Origin: an uncultured Spirochaetota bacterium
Lineage (GTDB): Bacteria > Spirochaetota > Spirochaetia > SZUA-6 > Fen-1364
NCBI GenBank assembly: GCA_963745235.1
Contig: CAVUXE010000035.1
Span: forward strand, 64,001 to 128,000
Direction: 5' to 3'
Length of the DNA stretch: 64,000 bases
Below the pieces are notes generated by a model. The model was not told the DNA's origin and searched no databases. It saw only the letters and a program-made list of their open reading frames with translations. Made by a program: the position numbers and the translations under genes. This document shows positions 59,517 to 64,000 of the stretch, one piece after another; within the stretch, counting starts at the first letter, position 1; every line of letters begins with the position of its first letter.

Positions 59517-60641
59517 ATGGGAAGGCACCTTGAAAAAGGCCAGGGAGGAGCGCAGGCCAGAGTCGACACCGCCGTGCAATTGCCGGCGGCAGTGGGACTC
59601 CTGGCGGGAGCGCCGCGTCGGGGAGAAGAAGCACGGGGAGCGCCCCGTCGGGGAGAAGAAGCACGGGGAGCGCCCCGTCGAGAAGACGCCCGCGGAGGAC
59701 CGCGTCGTGAGGTCCCCCAGGAGAGAGATCTCCTTGCCCTGTACATCAGGCAGATCTCCAGCTACCCGCTGCTCACGGCGCAGGACGAGCAGGATATCGG
59801 CGGCGCCATCCAGAGATCGAAAGAAGAGCTGGCAGGACTGGAAAAGAAGGCGGCTGCCTGCCGTGTCTCCCGCAGGGCCTACCTGCGGCGCAAGGCGGAG
59901 CTTGAGCACGAGATCACCCTGTCCAAGAACAGGCTGATCCTCGGAAATCTGCGCCTCGTCGTGTCAGTTGCGAAGAAGTACCAGCACCGCGGCGTGTCTC
60001 TCCTGGACCTGATCGACGAGGGGAATATCGGGCTCATCGAGGCGGTGGAGCGATTCGACTACCGCAAGGGGTGCCGGTTTTCGACGTACGGCACGTGGTG
60101 GATCAAGCAGGCGGTGATCAAGGCGCTGGCGGAGAACGGGAAGGCAATCAAGATTCCCATCCATCTCCTCAACACGATCAAGAAATGCTTTTCCATCGCG
60201 CGGCAGCTCACGCAGGAGCTGGGCCGGGAGCCCAGCAACGCGGAGATCGCCGACTACCTTCGCATTCCGAAGTCCCGCGTCGAGGAGCTCATCAGCCTCT
60301 CCTGGGACCCGACGTCCCTGGACACGCCGGTTGCAGGGGAGAACCCGACGCGCCTCGCCGATCTCATCCGGGACGATGCCTCCGAGAAGCCGTTCGAGTC
60401 GGCGTTCGCCATGGCGCTGCAGGACACCCTGGCCATGGTCCTGGACAAGCTCAACGAGCGGGAGATGCGCATCATCAAGCTGCGATTCGGGCTCGACGGA
60501 GAAGGGCCTTTCACCCTGGAGGAGACGGGGAAGATCCTCGGCATCACGCGGGAACGCGTGCGGCAGATCCAGGAGCGGGCCCTGGTGAAGCTGAAGCAGC
60601 TGCGCGTCTCCAGCGAGCTGGAAGCCTTCATCCAGGGATGA
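59517..60641 (+). CDS. sigma70-family sigma factor lacking region 1.1 (group 2 / RpoS-like)
   Basis: LYIRQI, NLRLVVSVAKKY, DLIDEGNIGL, FSTYGTWWIKQ, TLEE...TRERVRQI. Confidence 0.92.
   Translation: MGRHLEKGQGGAQARVDTAVQLPAAVGLLAGAPRRGEEARGAPRRGEEARGAPRREDARGGPRREVPQERDLLALYIRQISSYPLLTAQDEQDIGGAIQRSKEELAGLEKKAAACRVSRRAYLRRKAELEHEITLSKNRLILGNLRLVVSVAKKYQHRGVSLLDLIDEGNIGLIEAVERFDYRKGCRFSTYGTWWIKQAVIKALAENGKAIKIPIHLLNTIKKCFSIARQLTQELGREPSNAEIADYLRIPKSRVEELISLSWDPTSLDTPVAGENPTRLADLIRDDASEKPFESAFAMALQDTLAMVLDKLNEREMRIIKLRFGLDGEGPFTLEETGKILGITRERVRQIQERALVKLKQLRVSSELEAFIQG
59606..59690 (+). repeat. 30-bp coding tandem repeat (about 2.7 copies)
   Basis: GGAGCGCC(G/C)CGTCGGGGAGAAGAAGCACGG units encoding GAPRRGEEAR. 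Confidence 0.9.
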
Positions 60642-60671
60642 GGTCGCCGTCGAACGACGGGACGCGAAACC

Positions 60672-60700
60672 TTGACATGAGGATGCGCCAATTCTACAAT
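60672..60700 (+). promoter_or_regulatory. sigma70 promoter of the amidohydrolase-cNMP operon
   Basis: TTGACA-17nt-TACAAT. Confidence 0.75.
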
Positions 60701-60726
60701 AGGCCAGAACTTACGAAGGAAGATGC

Positions 60727-61965
60727 ATGCTCACCACCTACTCGCTGAGCGGTCTCACCGTCGTCACGCCGGACACCGCCACGGCCGGCAGCAGCATCCA
60801 GGTCGACCAGAAGAAGCTGGGCCGCCTCGGCGGGAAGAGCAAGTTCGAGCTTCGCTTCGGGGACGGGTATGCCGCCTTCCCCGCCCTCATCAATATCCAC
60901 GACCATTTCAACGGCAACTACCTGCCCAAGGTCGGGCCGCGCCCCGGGGAGTTCTACGTCAACTGGTCTGGACTGGGAGAAGGACCTGCGCAACTCGGAC
61001 GTGGTCAAGGTGGAGCGCGCCAAGACGAGCGTGGAGGAGCGGTACTTCCTCAGCGCGTACAAGAACCTGTTCTCCGGCGTCGTCACGGCCAACGACCATT
61101 TCCCGCACGAATGGAACGAGCCGTTCATTCCGCGCCTGCCCATGCGCGTCATCCGCAACTACACCCTCGCCCACGAGTGCTCCTCCTTCGACCTGAAATG
61201 GGGAGAGGGAATCGAGATCGAGCACGCGCGCGCGCTGAAGAACAATTTTCCCTTCATCACGCACCTGGAGGAGGGTTTCGACGAGGAGACCCAGCGGGGC
61301 ATCGAGATCCTGGAGGAGCTGGGCTGCCTGGACGACCACACGGTCCTGATCCACTGCATCGGCTTCTCGGATGAGGACATCCAGAAGGTGCGCCGCGCCG
61401 GGGCGCACATCGCCTGGTGTCCAGCTTCCAACGTCTTCATGTTCAACGTCACATGAAGATCCGGAAGATGCTGGAGGCGGGGATCAACGTCGCCCTGGGC
61501 ACGGACTCCACGGCCACAGGCTCCGTCAACATCCTGGAGGAGATGCGTTTCGCCCGGGAGATCTACCGCAGGATGTACGGGGAGGACCTCGCCGGCCCGG
61601 ACCATCGTGAACATGGTGACCGTCAATCCCGGCCAAGGCGTTCCGCATGCAGAAGGAGACGGGTACCTGGCGGAGGGCAAGCTCGCGGACGTCCTCGTCG
61701 TGCGCCAGCGCAAGGACGATCCCTGGGAATCACTGGTCGCGATGCAGATGGAGGACATCGAGCTCCTCGTGCAGGAGGGGACGCCCGATCTACGGAGACG
61801 CCGCGCACGAGGAGCTGTTCGCGGCGCGCGGCGTGCAGTACACGAAGGTGAGCGTGCAAGGGACGGCAGATGCTGGTCAAGGGCGACCCGGCGGGCCTCA
61901 TGGAGAGGGTGCGCAAGGCAGTGGGGTTCCGCAAGGTCCTTGACTTCATCCCCCTGGACACCTAG
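60727..61965 (+). CDS. amidohydrolase-superfamily deaminase-like protein (several indels)
   Basis: PALINIHDH, SGVVTANDH, THLEEG, LIHC, WCPASN, ALGTDS, GKLADV across frames. Confidence 0.82.
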
Positions 61966-61989
61966 CTTTCTTCAGGAGCAGGGCGGAAA

Positions 61990-63034
61990 GTGCCCAAGGC
62001 TGTTCAGTACAGAGCCAACTCGATCATCTACTTCAAGGGCGACCAGAGCGAGCGCATCTTCCTCCTCAACCCGGGCAAGGTGAGCCTGAGCTACGTCGAC
62101 ATCGAGACCGGCCAGGAGGTGCGGGACCTGATCAAGACGGGGGAGTTCTTCGGCGTCAAGTCGGCCCTCGGCCACTACATGCGGGAGGAGACGGCCGTCG
62201 TCCTCCAGGACTCCACGGTGATGGTCATTCTCCGTCCGGAGTTCGAGCAGCTGGCCACCAAGAACACCCGCATCATCACCAAGATGCTGAAGGTATTCTC
62301 CAACCAGCTGCGCCGCATCCACCGGCAGGTCCAGAACCTCATGGTGAGCGACGAGCAGGTCAACCCCGAGACCGGGCTGTACAAGATCGGGGAGTACTAC
62401 ATGAAGAACAAGCGCTACGGCGCAGGCGCTGCACGCCTACAAGCGCTACCTCGTGTACTACCCCTCGGGCGCCTACGCGGCGGACGTGACGACCAAGATC
62501 GTCTCGGCGGAGGAGTTCCTCTCCCGCTACGGGTCCGGTGAGCCCCCGGCCTCCGCGGCGCCTTCGCGGCTCCGCGCAGCCGGCGGCAGCCCCGTCGCCC
62601 GCGGCGGCGCCGTGCCGCCGCAGCTCCGGCCAAGGCGGACGGCTCCGACCTGGCGCAGCAGTACTACAACGCCGTGAGCCTCGTCAGCCAGGAAAAGTAC
62701 ATGGAGGCCTTCAAGGCGTTCAAGAAGATCATTGACGGCAGGAGCGGACGCCGAGTACTCGACAAAGGCCGAGTTCGAGATGGCCAAGTGCCTCTTCTAC
62801 CTGAAGCAGTACGACAACTGCATCAAGTCCTTCACCGCCATCGTGCAGAAGTTCCCCAAGCATCCCGAGATGAAGGACGCCCTGTTCTTCGTCGCGCGCT
62901 CCTACGAGGAGAAAGGGGACAAGGCCAAGGCGGGCGGCCTGTACAAGAAGATCATCAGCATGGGCACCGAGGACGACCCGGTCGTCCGCAAGGTGAAGAA
63001 GGCGCTGCGCGCGCTGGAAGGAGGGAGGGCATGA
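61990..63034 (+). CDS. cNMP-binding domain + TPR protein (several indels)
   Basis: IIYFKGD, GEFFGVKSAL...REETA; then TPRs (LYKIGEYY, AEFEMAKC, ALFFVARSYE). Confidence 0.8.
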
Positions 63035-63693
63035 GCCCGCGCCGCCGGCCCTGATCTCTCCATGTTCAACCGCTTCATGGTCACGTTCCGCAAGGGCGAC
63101 ATCATCTTCTGCGAGTACGAGCCGGGGGACACCTTCTACCTGATCCAGTCCGGGCAGCGTCCAGATCGTGCGGATCATCGGGGACCTGGAAAAGAACATC
63201 GCCATCCTGCACCCGGGCGAGGTCTTCGGGGAGATGGCCATCCTGGAGGAGGCGCCCGCGCTCGGCCACGACAATCGCGCTGGACGAGGTGAAGGCGCTG
63301 GAGTTCAACCGGGAGAACTTCGAGGTGCTCATGATGGGCAACCCCCAGATCGCCATGAAGCTCCTGAAGCTCTTCGTCAAGCGGATCTACGACCAGAAGC
63401 GCCGGTTCCTGATCCTGACCCTGGAGGACGTGGAGGCCAAGGTTGCGGACGTGTTCCTCATGCTGGCGGAGAACCAGTCCCTGGATACCTCATCCGTGGA
63501 CTCGATCGAGTTCAAGACCACCGTGGACGACATGTCCCACTGGGCGGGAATCCCCCCGGGGCAGTGCCGCGAGGTGCTGAACCACTTCGTCGCGCAGCGG
63601 CGCATCGAGCTTCATCCGGACCGGATCGTGGTCAAGAACATCAACGATTTCGCGCGGTTCGTGGAGTCCCGCCGCAAGCACCAGGAAAAGTAG
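63031..63693 (+). CDS. Crp/Fnr family regulator (indels)
   Basis: IIFCEYEPGDTFYLIQSG, GEVFGEMAIL..RSAT, C-terminal HTH-like region. Confidence 0.82.
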
Positions 63694-63710
63694 AAACCCT
63701 CCCCCGGTCC

Positions 63711-64000
63711 TCAGATGCCCAGGTACGCCGCCTTCACCTGCGGGTTGTCCGCGATCTCCTTCGCGGACCCGGAAAGCACGATCCGCCCCGTCTCCAGGAC
63801 GTAGGCGCGGTGCGCGATGGACAGCGCCATCTGCGCGTTCTGCTCCACCAGGAGGATGCTCGTGCCCTGCTTGTTGATCTCCACGATGATGCGGAAGATC
63901 TCCTCCACGAGGATGGGGGAGAGTCCCATGGACGGCTCGTCCAGGAGCAGGAGGGTGGGCTTGCTCATGAGGCCGCGGCGCCGTGGCGAGCATCTGCTGC
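63711..64000 (-). CDS. livF: branched-chain amino acid ABC ATPase, C-terminal part
   Basis: LLLDEPSMGLSP, LVEQNA, AYVLETG, VKAAYLG. Confidence 0.9.
   Translation of the reverse strand, partial: SRCSPRRRGLMSKPTLLLLDEPSMGLSPILVEEIFRIIVEINKQGTSILLVEQNAQMALSIAHRAYVLETGRIVLSGSAKEIADNPQVKAAYLGI

Noticed and set aside
59606-59690. CRISPR array
   Set aside because: Head-to-tail coding repeats without spacers; no cas genes in the window.
770-63693. Programmed frameshifting, phase variation or mass pseudogenisation
   Set aside because: Indels hit essential genes, often in short homopolymers, and cluster toward the window end, consistent with long-read error.

Overview
GC-rich bacterial chromosome segment, most likely a free-living Spirochaetia. 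This rests on gene order recalled from Treponema/Borrelia (rpsT-hbb-lnt-...-bactofilin-cinA-rho-rpmE; galK-surE-TPR-NHL) and a homodimeric GlyRS. Many single-base indels, including in essential genes (gltX, glyS, rpsT, hbb), point to an unpolished long-read assembly, so most frameshifts and several fused ORFs in the track are probably artefacts. About 1-44 kb and 58.6-64 kb are core or metabolic genes: three aaRS, two lnt, dsbD, an IscR-like regulator, a LarA-family protein, G1P dehydrogenase, a 2-oxoacid:ferredoxin oxidoreductase operon, corrinoid proteins and several cyclic-nucleotide signalling genes. About 46.06-58.35 kb is a roughly 12.3-kb genomic island at tRNA-Leu(TAA), bounded by a 27-bp direct repeat. 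It carries an apparently complete NAD-reducing [NiFe]-hydrogenase operon (hoxFUYHW plus a receiver domain) among decaying copper-homeostasis genes and a probable integrase stub. Best candidates for undescribed biology: (i) a deaminase / cNMP-TPR / Crp operon, together with stand-alone cNMP, MshEN, cyclase-tail and HE-GYP proteins; (ii) the hydrogenase island, with its heterologous tRNA att fragment and a duplicated operator-promoter module. All family calls come from motif recognition by eye; no searches were run.
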